Positions 13,473 through 26,900 are shown, counted from the first letter of the stretch. The stretch is DNA of 64,000 nucleotides from the human T2T-CHM13v2.0 reference genome, Homo sapiens (GCF_009914755.1 NC_060932.1); one strand, 5' to 3'. Notes: generated by a model not told the origin, from the letters alone. Program-made: numbers and translations.

Positions 13473-14398
13473 TATTTTGTTAAATGGGTGTTTTTGTTTG
13501 TTTGTTGCTGTAGTTAATTTTTTCTTTTTCTTTTTCTTTTTTCCTTTCTTCATTTATTCGCCCTCTGGCACCCTAAAATGTGAATATTTATTCACTTAAT
13601 GGTGTCTCATAGGTCTTGTAGGCTTACTTTATATTTTTTTCATTCTTCTTTTTTTTCTGACTGGGTTATTTCAAAATGTCTGTATTCAAGATCAGAAGTT
13701 ATTTCTTCTGCCTATCTATTTTGTTGTTTAAGCTCTCAATTGTATTTTATATTTCATTCATTGAATTCTTCAGACTAAGATTTGTTTGTTGTTTTTAAAA
13801 TAATATCTATTTTTTAATGGCTCACTCAGATTATAAATTGTTTTCCTAATTTTATTGAATTGCTTTTCTGTATTATTTTGTATCTCACTGAGTTTTCTTT
13901 AGATCATTATTTTGAATTTCTTTTCAGGTATTTTTAAAAATTTCCTTTCTCTAAGGTCAGTTATTACAGAAATTACTGTGTTTCTTTAGAGATATTATGT
14001 TTTCTCATCTCATGTTTCTTGTGTCTCTATGTTGATATCTATGCATCTGGTGAAACAGTAGCCTTTTCTAATTTTATGTAGTAGCTTTCATATGAAGATT
14101 TTTCTGTACTTAGGGTATCAGTTGGGTGTGGTGCACTGACTTTGATTCTGGGTAGATGCAGTAGTGTACACTTAGTGCAGTTTCTTCAGCTATAATTCAT
14201 GTCAGCAATGCCTGTTAGTGTGTCAGTAATCTAAGCTGTAGGAGTTTGTGGTGGTGTTATTGTGATTTTGCTGGAGGCAGGCCTACTGGGCTGGTTATTA
14301 ACCTGGGTGCCCTTGGAAGAAGTGTTTCCACTAACTCTAGGGCAGATACATTGTACACCCTATAGCAATTCTGGTACACCTTTGTTGTACTCCAGCTA

Positions 14399-15054
14399 CT
14401 TTCTTATTTTTAATTTTTGTGGATACATAGTAGGTGTAATTATTTATGCAGTATATGAGATATTTTGATACAGGCATGCCATGTGAAATAAACACATCAC
14501 GGAGAATGAGTTATCCATTCCCTCAAGCATTTATCCTATGAGTTGCAAACAATTCAATTACACTCTGTGAGTTATTTTGAAATATACAATTAAGTATTTA
14601 TTGACTATAGTCACCCTGCTGTGCTATCAAAAGTAGTTCTTATTCTTTCTTTTTTTTGTATACGTTAACCATCCCAACCTCCTCTCAATCCTCCCACTAC
14701 CTTTCCTATCCCCTGATAACAATCCGTCTACTCTCTGTGTCCATTAGTTCAATTGCTTTGGTTTTTAGATTCCACAAATAAGTGAGAATATGTGATACTT
14801 GTCTTTCTATTCACGGCTTATTTCATTTAACATAATGGCACCCAGTTCCATCCATGTTGTTGCAAATGACTGGGTCTCATTCTTCTTTAAGGCTGAATAG
14901 TACTCGATTGTGTATACGTACCACATATTCTTTATTCATTCGTCTGTTGATGGATACTTAGGTTGCTTCCAAATCTTAGCTAGTATAAACAGTGCTGCAA
15001 CAAACATAGGAGTTCAGATATCTCTTTGATATACTAATTTACTTTCTTTTGGGT
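14399..15054 (-). mobile_element. L1MA1/L1MA2-like 3' end (second L1, nested in the older L1)
   Basis: TTTTAATTTTTGTGGATACATAGTAGGTGTA...ATCCATTCCCTCAAGCATTTATCC; ends abruptly at TTCTTTTGGGT. Confidence 0.88.
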
Positions 15055-15124
15055 CCCTCCTCCAACATTGGGGATTACAATTCAACATGACATTCATGTG
15101 GGGATCCAGAACTAAACCATATCA
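15055..15124 (-). mobile_element. 5' ~70 bp of an MSTA-like LTR (inverted piece)
   Basis: Reverse complement is TGATATGGTTTAG...TGTTGAATTGTAATCCCCAATGTTGGAGGAGGG; followed by GTGGC, the reverse complement of TSD GCCAC. Confidence 0.88.
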
Positions 15125-18100
15125 GTGGCCTTTCAGACAAAGAATTCAAATTAACTGTATTGAGGAAACTCAAAGAAATTCAAGATAACACAGATAAGAA
15201 ATTGAGAATTCTATCAAATAAATTTAGTGAAGAGATTAAAATAATTTAAAAAATCAAGTAGTAAGTATGGTTCTGAAAAATTCAATTGGCATACTGAAGA
15301 ACACTTCAGAGTCCTTTAATGGCAGAATTGATCAAGCAAAAAAGGAATTAGTGAGCTTGAAGACTGGCTATTTGAAAATACACAGTAAGAGGAAACCACA
15401 GAGAAAAGAATAAAAAACAATAAAACTCACTTACAGAATCTAGGAAATAGCCTACAAAGGGCAAATCTAAGAGTTACTGGACTTAAAGAGGAGGTAGACA
15501 AAGAGATAGGTTAGAAAGTTTATTAAAAAGGATAATAACAGAGTTTCCCAAACCTAGAGAAATAAATCAATATCTAAGTACAAGAAGCTTACAGAACACC
15601 AGGCAGATTTAACCCAAAGAAGACTACCTCAAGGCATTAATAATAAAACTTCCAAAGGTCAAAGATAAAGAAAGAATCCTAAAAGCAGCAAGAGAAAAGA
15701 AACAAATGACATACAGTGGAGGTCCAATGTGTTTGGCAGCAGACTTTTCAGTGGAAGCTTTACAGGCCAGAAGACAGTGGTATGACATATTAAAGTGCTG
15801 AAGAAACAACAACAACAACAACAACAACAAACTTTTATTCTAGAATAGTATATCTGGCAAAAATATCCTTGAAACATGAAGGAGAAATAAAGACTTTCCC
15901 AGACAAACAAAAACTGAGGGATTTTATTAATACCAATTAACACCAGACCTGTCCTACATGAAATGCTAAAGGGAGTATTTCAAACAGAAAGAGAAGGACT
16001 TTAATGACCAATAAAATAATCAACTGAAAGTACAGAACTTACTAGTAATAGTAAGTTCACAGAAAATCACAGAATATTATAACACTATAACTGTGATGTG
16101 TAAATTACTTTATCCTAAGTAGAAAGAATAAATGATAAACCAGTCAAAAATAATAACTACAACTTTTCAAGACAGTATGTACAGTAAGATACACATGGAA
16201 ACAACAAAAAGTTAAAAAGTGGGGGGGAAAAGTTAAGGCATATAATTTTTATTGTTTTTCTTTGTGCTTGCTTGTTTATGCAAATAGGTTTAAGTTCTCA
16301 GCAGGTTAAAATAGTGGATTATAATATAGTATTTTCAAGCCTATAGTAACCTCAAACCAAAAAATATACAATGGACACACACAAAAAAGCAAGAAACTAA
16401 ATCATATCACTAGAGAAAATTATCTTCATTAGAGGAAGACAGGAAGAAAAGAAAAAAGAAAGAAGGCCACAAAACAAACAGAAAACAAACGAAATGGCAG
16501 GAGTAAGTCCCTACTTAACAATAATAACGTTTAATGTAAATCCACTACACTCTCCAATTAAAAGATATAGACTGGCTGAATGAATAAAAGAAAAACATCT
16601 GCTGATCTGTTGCTTACAAGAAACACACTTACCCTATAAAGACACACATAGAGTGAAAATAAAGGAATGGAAAAAGATATTTTATGCTAATGGAAACCAA
16701 AAATGAGCAACACCTGCTACATTTATATTGGACAAAGTAGATTTTAAGACTAAAACTATAAAAAGAGACAAGGAAGGTCATTATATAATGATAAAGTGGT
16801 AAATTAAGCAAGAGGATATAACAATTTTAAATATATATGCACCCAGCAGCACAGAACCCAGATATATAAAGGAAATATTATTAGAGCTAAAGAGAGAGAT
16901 AAGCTCCAATTTAATAACAGCTGGAGGCATCAACCCCTTAATTACAACATTGGACAGATCTTCCAGGCAGAAAACCAACAAAGAAATATCAGATTTAATC
17001 TGCACTATAGCCCAAGTGGATCTAGCAGATATTTATAAAACATTTCATCTAAAAGCTGCAGAATATATATTCTTTTCTTCAGCACATGGATCATTCTCAA
17101 GGATAGGCCATACTTTAGGTCACAAAACAAGACTGAAAACATTTGAAAAAAACTGAAATAATACCAAGCATTTTCTCTGATCAAAATGAAATAAAACTGA
17201 AAATCAATAACAAGAGGAATTTTGGAGACTACACAAGTAAATGGAAATTAAACACGCTTCTGAATGTCCAGTGGGTCAGAAGAAATTGATAAGGGCATTG
17301 AAAAATTTCTTGAAATAAATGATAATGGAAACACAACATATGAAAACCTATGGGATAAAGCAAAAGCAGTATTCAGAGGGAAGTTTACAGCTATAAGTGC
17401 CCACACCAAAAAAGAGAAACAACTTCAAATGAACAATCTAGTGATGCATCTTAAAGAACTACAAAGGCAAGAGTAAACCAAACCAACAATTAGTAGACAA
17501 AAAGACATAATAAATATCTGCATACAAATAAATAAAATGAAAATAAAAAGGTACAAAAGATCAATAAAACAAAAAGGTTTTTTTGAAAATTTAAACAAAA
17601 TTGGCAAAACTTTAGCCAGATAACTAAGAAAAAAAAAAAGAGAAGATCCAAATAAATAAAATTAGAAATAAAAAAGGAGACATTACAAAAATTCAAAAGG
17701 ATCATACTAGGCTATTATGAGCAACAGTAAGCCAGCATATTGAAAACTCTATAATAAATGAACACATTCCTACATACATACAACCTGCCAAGATTGAATA
17801 ATAAAGAAATCCAAAACCTGAACAGACCAATAACAAGTAATGAGATTGAAACAGTAATAAAGTCTTCCAATAAAGAAAAGCCTGTGACTTGATGGACTCA
17901 TTGATGACTTTTATCAAACATTTAAAGTAGAGCTAGTACAAATCTGACTCAAACTATTCTGAAAAATAGAGGAGGAGAGAATACTTTCAAACTCATTCTA
18001 CTAGGCCAGTATTACCATGATACCAAAACCAACAACACATCAGAAACACAAAGAAAATCAAACTACAGGCCAATATTTCTGATAAATATTGATGCAAAAG

Positions 18101-18404
18101 TCTTCAACAAAATACTAGCAAACTGAATTCAACAACCCAATAGAAAAATCTTTCATCATGACCAAGTGAGATTTAACCCTCGGATGCAAGAGTATCTTAA
18201 CGTATGCAAATCAATCAACGTGATGCATAATATCAACAGAATGAAGGATAAAGTCATATGATCATTTCAGTTGGTGCTGAAAAAGCATTTGATAACATTC
18301 AACATTCTTTCGTGATGATAACCCTCAAAAAACTGGGGATAGAAGGAACAAACCTCAGTATAATAAATGCCATATATGACAGACCGACAGCTAGTATCAT
18401 ACTG
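15125..18404 (+). mobile_element. Inverted middle of the L1MA1/2-like element (ORF1, inter-ORF, ORF2 endonuclease to RT start)
   Basis: ORF fragments 16950-17156 (DRSSRQK...EYIFFSSAHGSFSRIGH) and 17264-17476 (TTYENLWDKAKAVFRGKF) are L1 ORF2-like. Confidence 0.92.
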
Positions 18405-18447
18405 CCTATCTAAGCAGTGAACAAGGGGAACCTGTTGAACGGTTAGA

Positions 18448-18745
18448 GTGGGAGGTAATTGGATCATGGGAGCAAACTTCATTCTTTCTGCTCTCATGAT
18501 AGTGAGTTCTCATGAGATCTGGTTGTTTAAAAGTGTGTAACACCTCCCACTTCACTCTCTCTCTCCTGCCACCATGTGAAGACATGCTGGCTTCCCCTTT
18601 GCCTTCTGCCATGACTGTCAGTTTCCTGAGCCTCCCCCGCCAAGCCTCCTGTATAGCCTGTGGATATGTGAGTCAAGCCTCTTTTCTTCATAAATTATCC
18701 AGTCTCAGGTAGTTCTTTACAGCAGTGTGAGAATGAACTAATACA
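18448..18745 (+). mobile_element. Remainder of the split MSTA-like LTR
   Basis: GTGGGAGGTAATTGGATCATGGG...GTGTGAGAATGAACTAATACA followed by TSD GCCAC at 18746-18750. Confidence 0.9.
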
Positions 18746-20853
18746 GCCACATATCTCTGTTTCTCCAGGATTAGTCATTCATGCCTTATTTAATATGTTT
18801 TCCTGGATGGTGTTGATGCTAGTAGACGTTCTTTGGTGTCCGGACATTGAAAAGTTAGGTATTTATTGTAGTCTTCACTGTCTGGGTTTATTTGTAGCCA
18901 TCCTTCTTGGGAAGGCTTTCTAGATATTTGAAATAACTTGGGTGTTGTGATCTAATTTGTATCTATTTTAGGGGGCACCCCAAGCCTAGTAATGCTGTGG
19001 TTCTTGCAGACTTATGGAGGTACTACTTTGATGATCTTGGACAAGATCTGGAAGAATTATCTGGATTACCAGGCAGAGACTCTTGTTCTCTTCCCTTCCT
19101 TTCTCCTAAACAAACAGATTCTCTGTCTGTTCTGAGCTACCTAAAGCTGGGGGTGAAGTGACACAAGCATCCCTGTGGCCACCACCACTATGACTGCACT
19201 GGGTCAGACCTGAAGCCAGCACAGTGCTGGGTTTTGCCCAAGACCTGCTGTAAGCACTCCCTGCCTACTGCCTATGTTTGCTCAAGGCCCTGTAATGCCA
19301 CAATCAGCAGGTGGCATAACCAGCCAGGCCTGTGTCCTTCCCATTAGGACTGCAAGGTCCTCCAGGCTCCAGGTGGGTCCAGAGGTGCTGTCCAGGAGTC
19401 AGAGACTAGAGTCAAAACCTTAGAAGTCTATCTGGTGTTTATTATATTGTAGCCGAGCTGGCACTGAAACCACAAGATGCGGTCCTTCCCACTCTTCCCT
19501 CACCTTTTCAAAGGCAGAGGAGCCTCACTTCATAGCCAGTGCCACCTCAGACCATGAGGAGTACAGCCAGACTACCAGCCAATGTTCCCTTATGGTCCAA
19601 TGCCTCTTAAGTCAACTTGTGGCATATGCTGCCTGTTCTGGGGCTCAACTTTCAGGGCAGTGGGATTCCCTCTGGCCCAGGACATGTCCAGAAATGCCAC
19701 CCAATAGTCAAATCTTGGAAATAGGGCCCCAAGAGCCCACTTGGTACTCTGTGGCCATCCTGATAACTAAAGTGCAAAACAAAGTCTCCATTATTTTTCC
19801 CTCTGCTTTTCTCAAGCAGAAGGACTTTACCCCATAGCCATCACAACTGGTAATATGCTGAGTGTCACCTGAAGCCAGCAAGTCTCAGAGGCTCAACCAA
19901 GGCCCTTGATGTAGTACCTGAGTATCACTGCTGGTTATTCAGTGCCCAAGGGCTCTTCAGCTCTTCAGGTAGCAGGTGATGAATGCTGCCAGAACTGGGT
20001 CCTTTTCTTCAAGGCAGTGGGTTCCCTTCTGACCCAGAGTGTGTCTAGAAATGTCATCTGGGAGCCAGGCAAGATGACAGCCTCATGACTGTCCAGTGGC
20101 GTATCCTGCTGTGGCTGAGTTGGTATCCAAGATGCAAGACAAAGTCCTCCCCACTCTTCTCTCTCATCTCCTCAAGTTGAAGGAAGGGGTATCTTTTGGA
20201 CCCATGAGCTATGCAGCCTGTGGTTAGGAGAGGGGTGATGCCAGCACGTCCTTGGCTTGTCACAGTATGTTTGTCCCCCAGTCCACTGTCTCTGGGCCTA
20301 GTTCAGTACTAGGAATTGCCTAAGAGTTGCAGTCCTTATGGCCTAGACTACCTTTCACATTTACTTTAAGACACAGAGTGCTATACCCTTCTGTGGCAAG
20401 GTTTGTAGGCACTCAAAATCCAACCACTGGGATCTGTGACTTCCCTCTGCCTATGGCTGGTTTAAATGCTTCCTCTGAGGGTGAATGTCAGTTGAATTTG
20501 GTCCAGTTTTTCTTTCTCCTCTTAGAGGACAGCACTGAGTTCAATACCTCACAATTGCTGTGTTCTCCTTCCCGCAGGTCCCAGAGAAGCTTTCTGCAGC
20601 AAGCTAGTGCTGCTGGCCGGAGGGTTGGGGGTGGGGCCACATCAGTGATTTCTGATTGTTTTTTTTCTATCTCTTTCTATCTCTTCAGTGCCTCTTTCAG
20701 TGATAAGAAGTTCAAACCAGGTACTGTGAGTGCTCACCTGATTTTTGGTTATGAAGGTGTTTTGTCTGTGTAGATAGTTGTTAACTTGGTCTCCTTGCAT
20801 GGGAGGATGATCGGTGGAGCCTTGTATTCTGTGACTTTACTTCACTGGTCTCC
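18746..20853 (-). mobile_element. ORF1 start and long 5' UTR of the L1MA1/2-like element
   Basis: Continues the L1 across the TSD (TCTGAAAGGCCAC|ATATCTCTGTTTCTCCAGGA); GC-richer 5' UTR ending in an L1-like terminus (reverse complement GAATACAAGGCTCCACCGATCATCC). Confidence 0.85.
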
Positions 20854-20865
20854 TATATCCCAGCC

Positions 20866-21190
20866 TCTTTCTTTCTTTCTTTCTCTCTTTCTTTCTCTCT
20901 CTTTCTTTCTTATAGAGCCTTGCTCTGTCACCTGGCCTGGAGTGCAGTGGCACAATCTTGGCTCACTGCAGCCTCTGCCCCCTGGATTTCAGCAATTATC
21001 TTGTCTCAGCCTCCTGGGTAGCTGGGATGACAGGCACATGCCAGCATGCCTGGCTAATATTTGTTTTTTTAGTAGAGACGGGGTTTTGCCATGTTGGCCA
21101 GGCTGGTCTCGAACTCCTGACCTCAGGTGATCTGCCCCCCTCGTCCTCCCAAAGTGCTGGGATTACAGGCGTGAGCCACCACGCCTGGCT
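20866..21190 (-). mobile_element. AluS (Sx/Sz-like) with (CTTT)n/(CT)n tail
   Basis: GAACTCCTGACCTCAGGTGATCTGCCC; full dimer. Confidence 0.9.
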
Positions 21191-22166
21191 CAGCTTATTT
21201 CTTTAGTCACTCTAGTCAAAATGTATTTGTTTATTTGTTGCTTTAGTATTTTTTTTGTAGGGAAAAGGCAAAAACTCAGTCACTCATCATGTTCATAAAC
21301 TTCCAATCTTGATTGGATAGTGTAAATAAAAGATAATTATTGGTTAAAAAATACAAATTAATGGTTTGTACGCATTTTTCTGACATAGTCATGGGGCCAG
21401 CTGTCTGTGCAGGCATACATTCGTGCAGCAGGTTGCTTGCTTCTGGGGCAGACTTGCCAGAAGCCAATCTAGGGTCAGTTACACCACTGTGCAAGATGGC
21501 ATTTTCCTTGAGAGGTAAAGTGTCATGCAGGCTTAGACAGTGGGATCACGGCCATTCCGCTGGGTCTAGGTTTTGAGCAGCCAGGTTTGTTGTGCTTAAA
21601 CCACCAATGTGAGTATGGTGGAATGACTGGAGTCTCAGGAATGGAGAGATATGACGGCTACTGGCAGCAGATCAGGACACACTGTGATTTGGTCCAGTTT
21701 CAAGATAGCACTGTGCCATGAGAGTTTGGGCCAAGAGGGTTGGGGGTATACAACATGAGCAAAGTAGTGGCATGAATTCCAGGAAGCTCTCCAAACTGGA
21801 TCCAGGGCTCATGAGGACCGTGGGTTTGTCGTGTAATAAGAACTGCAAGTGTGTGCATCAATAATGAGGATGCTGGGAGCCTCCAGCTTATGTTTTCTCC
21901 ACAATGAGAATCCCTTCTGGCTACAAGCTGATCCCAGCAGGGAAGATTAGATCCTGGAGATGGGAAGTTTCACTTCCCCTGTATGCTTGCTTTCATCCTG
22001 GGTTTCTGCGTCCCAGAAGAATTTTTCCATTCCTTTGTTGTACTTGGTTGTATTCCAGCTTATTTCTTCAGTCACTCTAGTCAAAAAATAATTGCTTATT
22101 TATTGTTTTGGTCTTTTTGGAAGGAAAGGGCAAGAGTCAGTCACTTCTAGTCAGTCATCCTTTTCA
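21191..22166 (-). mobile_element. 5' UTR and 5' terminus of the old L1MA, with the terminus present twice
   Basis: Terminus-like CAGTCACTTCTAGTCAGTCATC at ~22138-22159; TSD TAAACTTCCAAT at 21296-21307 and 22167-22178. Confidence 0.7.
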
Positions 22167-23296
22167 TAAACTTCCAATCCTGATTGGTTAATTTAAATAA
22201 AAGGAAATTATTGGTTAAAAAATAGCATTGTAGATTAGTGGTTTATAAGCATTTTTCTCACTGCATCACAAATTCATTTGAGAATTTAATGATGGCCATA
22301 TGTTCTCTCCTCAGAGAGAACAATTAACATTCACCCAATATTTTATATTTAGGTTTATAAAATTAATGGGCTGCCTGAAATACAGTGCCATCTTGGCCTG
22401 CCATCCAAAACTGCATTTTAATAGAAGTAAAACATTTCAAATAGGCACATAAAGCTTTTGAACATCAGATAAAGCTTTCAAGTTAAACTAAAAAAGAAGA
22501 CCGTGCCTGTAAGTGGTAATTTCAGATAAAATAAACGTATCCTTCCTGCCAAAACATAAAGAAAAGCAAGTGTTATCCTCTGTGTAAGCAATCAAAGGTA
22601 GTGTCTATTCAAAATGAATTTTCCTGGCATATACTCCTGGAGTATGTCACAGAGTTTCCTCTGATTTGGGTCCCAGGGATCTGAATTTACTACAGAGATT
22701 AAAGACTGAAAATAGGCAAATCTTCTAAAATGAATACTAAAAATTTTAGAATGGTAATAATATTCTAGTTCCTTTATGTTTCATCTCTCATATAAAAAGT
22801 AGATGACAAAATATAGAATTTGAAAAACAAGATTAGGAAAATAACAACACTAGGAAAATACCATAGCATTTTTATAAAATATGTTACATTTGTTTTCACA
22901 GTCTTAGTTTACAGACAACTCTAAATATTTTTTCTACCATATCTTAGAATTGAAAATAAAAATTTACTCCACATGTATCATTTACTATGTGCCAGGCACA
23001 ATTCTAAATGTTGGGAAGTCACCAAACAGTAAAAAAAATCCTTGTCCTGATGAATCTCATCATATAGCAGTGATGCGTGTAACAGATGGCATTAATAGTT
23101 CTCTTAAAAACAACTGAATGGAAATGTTATGCAGTTTGAACTTGGATCTCTTAATGATCCCACCTCAGATATATAATTCCATTACTTACAAAATATTAAA
23201 CCTACTTTTGTGGACTTACACTTTTAATCGTTTTATTTTTAAATTTTCTTTCTTATTTTGTCATTTAATCAATTTGGTAATTTTGTAAGTGCTCTT

Positions 23297-23699
23297 TTTC
23301 TTAGTCTGTTACTGCTGCTATCAGAAAATACCACAGACTGGATAATTTATAAGCAACAAAAATTTCTCACAGTCCTTAACTCTATGAAGTGCAATATCAA
23401 GGCATCAGTTGGTTTGGTGTCTGGTGACAGCCTGGTCTGCATTTCCAAAATGGCATCTGTTGCTGCAACCTCTGGAGGGAATGAACTCTGTTTCCTCACA
23501 TGGTAGAAGAGTAAATGAGCAAAGAGGGGCTAAGTTAGTTATCTCTAACCATTTTATAAGGCACTAATCCACTTATGAGGGCAGAGCCCTCATGACTTAA
23601 TTATAATATGTCCACGAAGGCCACACCTCCTAATATCACCACAGTGGGGATTAAGTTTCAATACATGAATCTTGAAGGGTACACATTCAAATCACAGCA
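23297..23699 (-). mobile_element. MaLR solo LTR (MSTD/MLT1A-like)
   Basis: TCTTAGTCTGTTACTGCTGCTATCAGAAAATACCACAGACTGGATAATTTAT...ACACATTCAAATCACAGCA. Confidence 0.85.
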
Positions 23700-24174
23700 A
23701 CAATAAATTTATTCATTTGGCCAAAGGAGGTTCCAAAACAGCAACAACCCCAGACAACAATAACAAGTGAGAAAATATAAATATTTTATTTCTAAAGCAA
23801 ACACAATAATACGTGTTGATATCTTTAAAGTTAAATGTATATACTATGTTTTAGGTCTAATTTTTCCTAACTGTGCTTAAATGTTTTCCCATTTAGTTTA
23901 GTTAAGTACAGTTTCATAGACCTTTCATACAAATTTCCTGCCTTGGCATCTTTCTACTCTTTCATTGTCTTATAGTCCTTCCAGTTTATACAAAAGCCTT
24001 TTATTCTTCAGAACGAGATACAAATTCATTGATGTCAAGCAAGAAGGCACTGATGTTTATATTTTTTGCCTCACTACAGGCTGTTGGTATACTTAAAAAC
24101 AAACAAACAAAATTTGTTTAACTATCTTTATATCCATATTCAGGGCATAATACCATAGCTGTCATCAACACAGA

Positions 24175-25320
24175 TTTTTTAAAATCCAGCTATATTAAAG
24201 CATAATTGAGATAGAATAAACTGAACATACTTAAAGTGTACAATTTGTTAAGTTTTAACATTCATATACAGTTGTGAAGCCATCAAAATAATGAATATGT
24301 ATTTATCTTCCAAAAGCTGCCATACATCCATTGGACCACTGGAATTCCTCTCAGATTGCCCTCCAACTCATCCCCATTTAACTGCTGATCTGTTTACCAC
24401 AAAACATTAAGTTACATTTTCTAAAATTTTGTATAAACAGAATCACAAATTGCCAACACTGTTTCGTTTGGCTTTTTTCACTCAGTATGTACATCAATCA
24501 TTGTTTTTACTGTTTAGTAGTATATCAGTGTATGGACATACCGCAATTCCTTTACTGCTCCCAGTTTTTGTTTATTACAAATAATGCTATTTTGAACATC
24601 TGTCGACAATCTTTGTATGAACATTTGCTTTCAATTCTCTTTTGGGTAAATACTACAAGAGGAATGATTAGATCATACGTTGTAAGTTACATTTAAATTT
24701 TTAAGAAACGATCATACTTTTTCTAAAGTTGTTCCATTTTACGTTTCCATCAGTAGTGTTTGAAAGTTATGGTCACTCCCTATCTTTTCCTACACTTAGG
24801 CTAGTTTTACTATCGCAATAGGTGTATACTAAGTTTAATTCTGATTAGTTTACATATTCTTATTGACTAATGATGGCATCTTTTCATGAGACTATTTGCC
24901 AATTTATCTTTTCATGTACCTATTTGCCTACTTATCTTCTTTGATGAAGTGTCTGTTGAAACCTCTTGCCCATTTATTTGTAAATTATTTTTTGTGATTG
25001 AGCTTTAAAAATAATGTATACATTCCAGATCCAACTCTTTTATCAGATATGTGATTTGCAAATATTTCTCCCCAGCCTGTGGCTTGTCTTTTATCCTTTC
25101 AACAGTGTCTTTCGAAAATAAGTTTTAAGTAATAAGTCTCATTTAGCCATTTTTCTGAGTCATGCTTTTGGTTTCATGTCTAAAAAAATATAACTCCAGT
25201 CACAAACATGTTCTCCTGTTTTCTTCTAGAAGTTTTATAGTTATAGTCATAAAGTCTAAGTATTACATACAATGTATAGGCATATAATCCATTTTCAGTT
25301 AATTTTATATATGTAGACTT
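24175..25320 (-). mobile_element. Old L1 (L1MC/MD/ME-like) 3' fragment
   Basis: L1 motifs such as GATTTGCAAATATTTCTCCCCAGCCTGTGGCTTGTCTTTT and TTCTTCTAGAAGTTTTATAGTT. Confidence 0.75.
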
Positions 25321-25667
25321 CAATCACAATTTCAGTCTATTTTTCAATTATGTCTTCTACCAATTATGCTGCTGATTTGGTTTAATATGTAGTCCGTAGT
25401 TTGGAACACTAAGATCAATTAGACAGAGAGCTTATCAATATAACTAAACAACACTTATGTTTAGTTTTAAGTCACTAAGAATCAAAGCACTTGCAACTTT
25501 TTAGTAATCTTACAACTCATATTATTAGCTAGCCTCTTGATAAAGTTGCTAACACAGTCACTATTTGATTGTTGATTACTCTTTTTCTGTCTGGCAGGAT
25601 TTTTTTTTCCAATTTTTAAAATAATTGAATAATTCATTGTAATTAAATAATAACAAAGCGGAATTAT

Positions 25668-26151
25668 TGATGGAGCAGGAGCTTCACCATCTTGGACAAG
25701 CACGACCATTTTAAAGTTCCCCTTGATCAAAAACTGCCTAAATCCAACCCAAAGGGCATCAGGCTAATGGGTAATGTCAGCATGACCATAAACCAAAAAT
25801 GACACCTCTGACCAGAAACATTCCAATCCTAAGATAAACCCCTCCCCAACCAAGGACATGCCATTCCCAAGATAACCTCCTCTCCAACCAGAGAGATGTC
25901 AGCCCCAAGATAACCTTCCTTCTGACCAGAGACATTCCAACCCTGCAATAAACTTCTCCTCCACACAGAAACTTTCCAAGCCTGTGATAAGACCTCTCGC
26001 CCTAAACCCTTAAATTCTCTTAGTCTGTAAGAGAGAGTGCTCCTGACTGAAATTCTCCAGAAGCCCCTCTCATGCTAATTCTCCAAAATAAACCTGTCTT
26101 TGACTGTTGAGCCGCTTTTCATGTTTCTTTCCTCTTTCCTTAACTCTTACA
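25668..26151 (+). mobile_element. ERV solo LTR (probably LTR47A-like, ERVL class)
   Basis: TG...CA termini; 5-bp TSD ATTAT (25663-25667, 26152-26156); AATAAA near the 3' end; internal ~39-bp repeats. Family name is from memory. Confidence 0.8.
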
Positions 26152-26618
26152 ATTATATTCTGCTTTCATTAGCTTTCTAATCCTATACTAGAAATAATTT
26201 TAGTTTTATAACTTAGAAAGCAATAGACAACTGAAGATCATTCTAGAGAAATGTACTGAGGAACAACATACTGAAATCAAAATATAGAGATTTGATATAC
26301 AGATTTAGCAGTCATTTTCTTTGTGTTCTAGGACAAAACGCTTTGTTCTTTTAAATTTCCTTCCTCATAGGTGGAAAAAAATTATGAAATTGTTTAGGAA
26401 TAGTAATAGAGTTAATATTGTACATGAACTGAAATTCTACTTCCTATCAAGATAAACAATTACTCAAGATATGCTTATGTCTTCAATTCTGGTTATTTTA
26501 CATAATGTTGATTAGGTCATATTTTTGTTTTAAACTATCGCTTTTTTATGATTATCTGTGCAGGGGTTTTTGTGTTTTTTTGTTCTTGCTTGTCAATCAT
26601 ATAAGAAAAGAAGATTCA

Positions 26619-26900
<282 letters not shown>

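Noticed and set aside
15125-18404. L1 twin-priming inversion
   Set aside because: One breakpoint lies in an LTR that inserted later, and the L1 5' end keeps its original orientation
20327-20773. 148-aa ORF antisense to the L1 5' UTR (ORF0-like)
   Set aside because: Non-ATG start; ORF0 is described for primate L1PA 5' UTRs, not this older L1MA UTR
25805-25945. ~39-bp periodic repeats as a CRISPR-like array
   Set aside because: Degenerate tandem units without unique spacers, inside a TSD-flanked LTR
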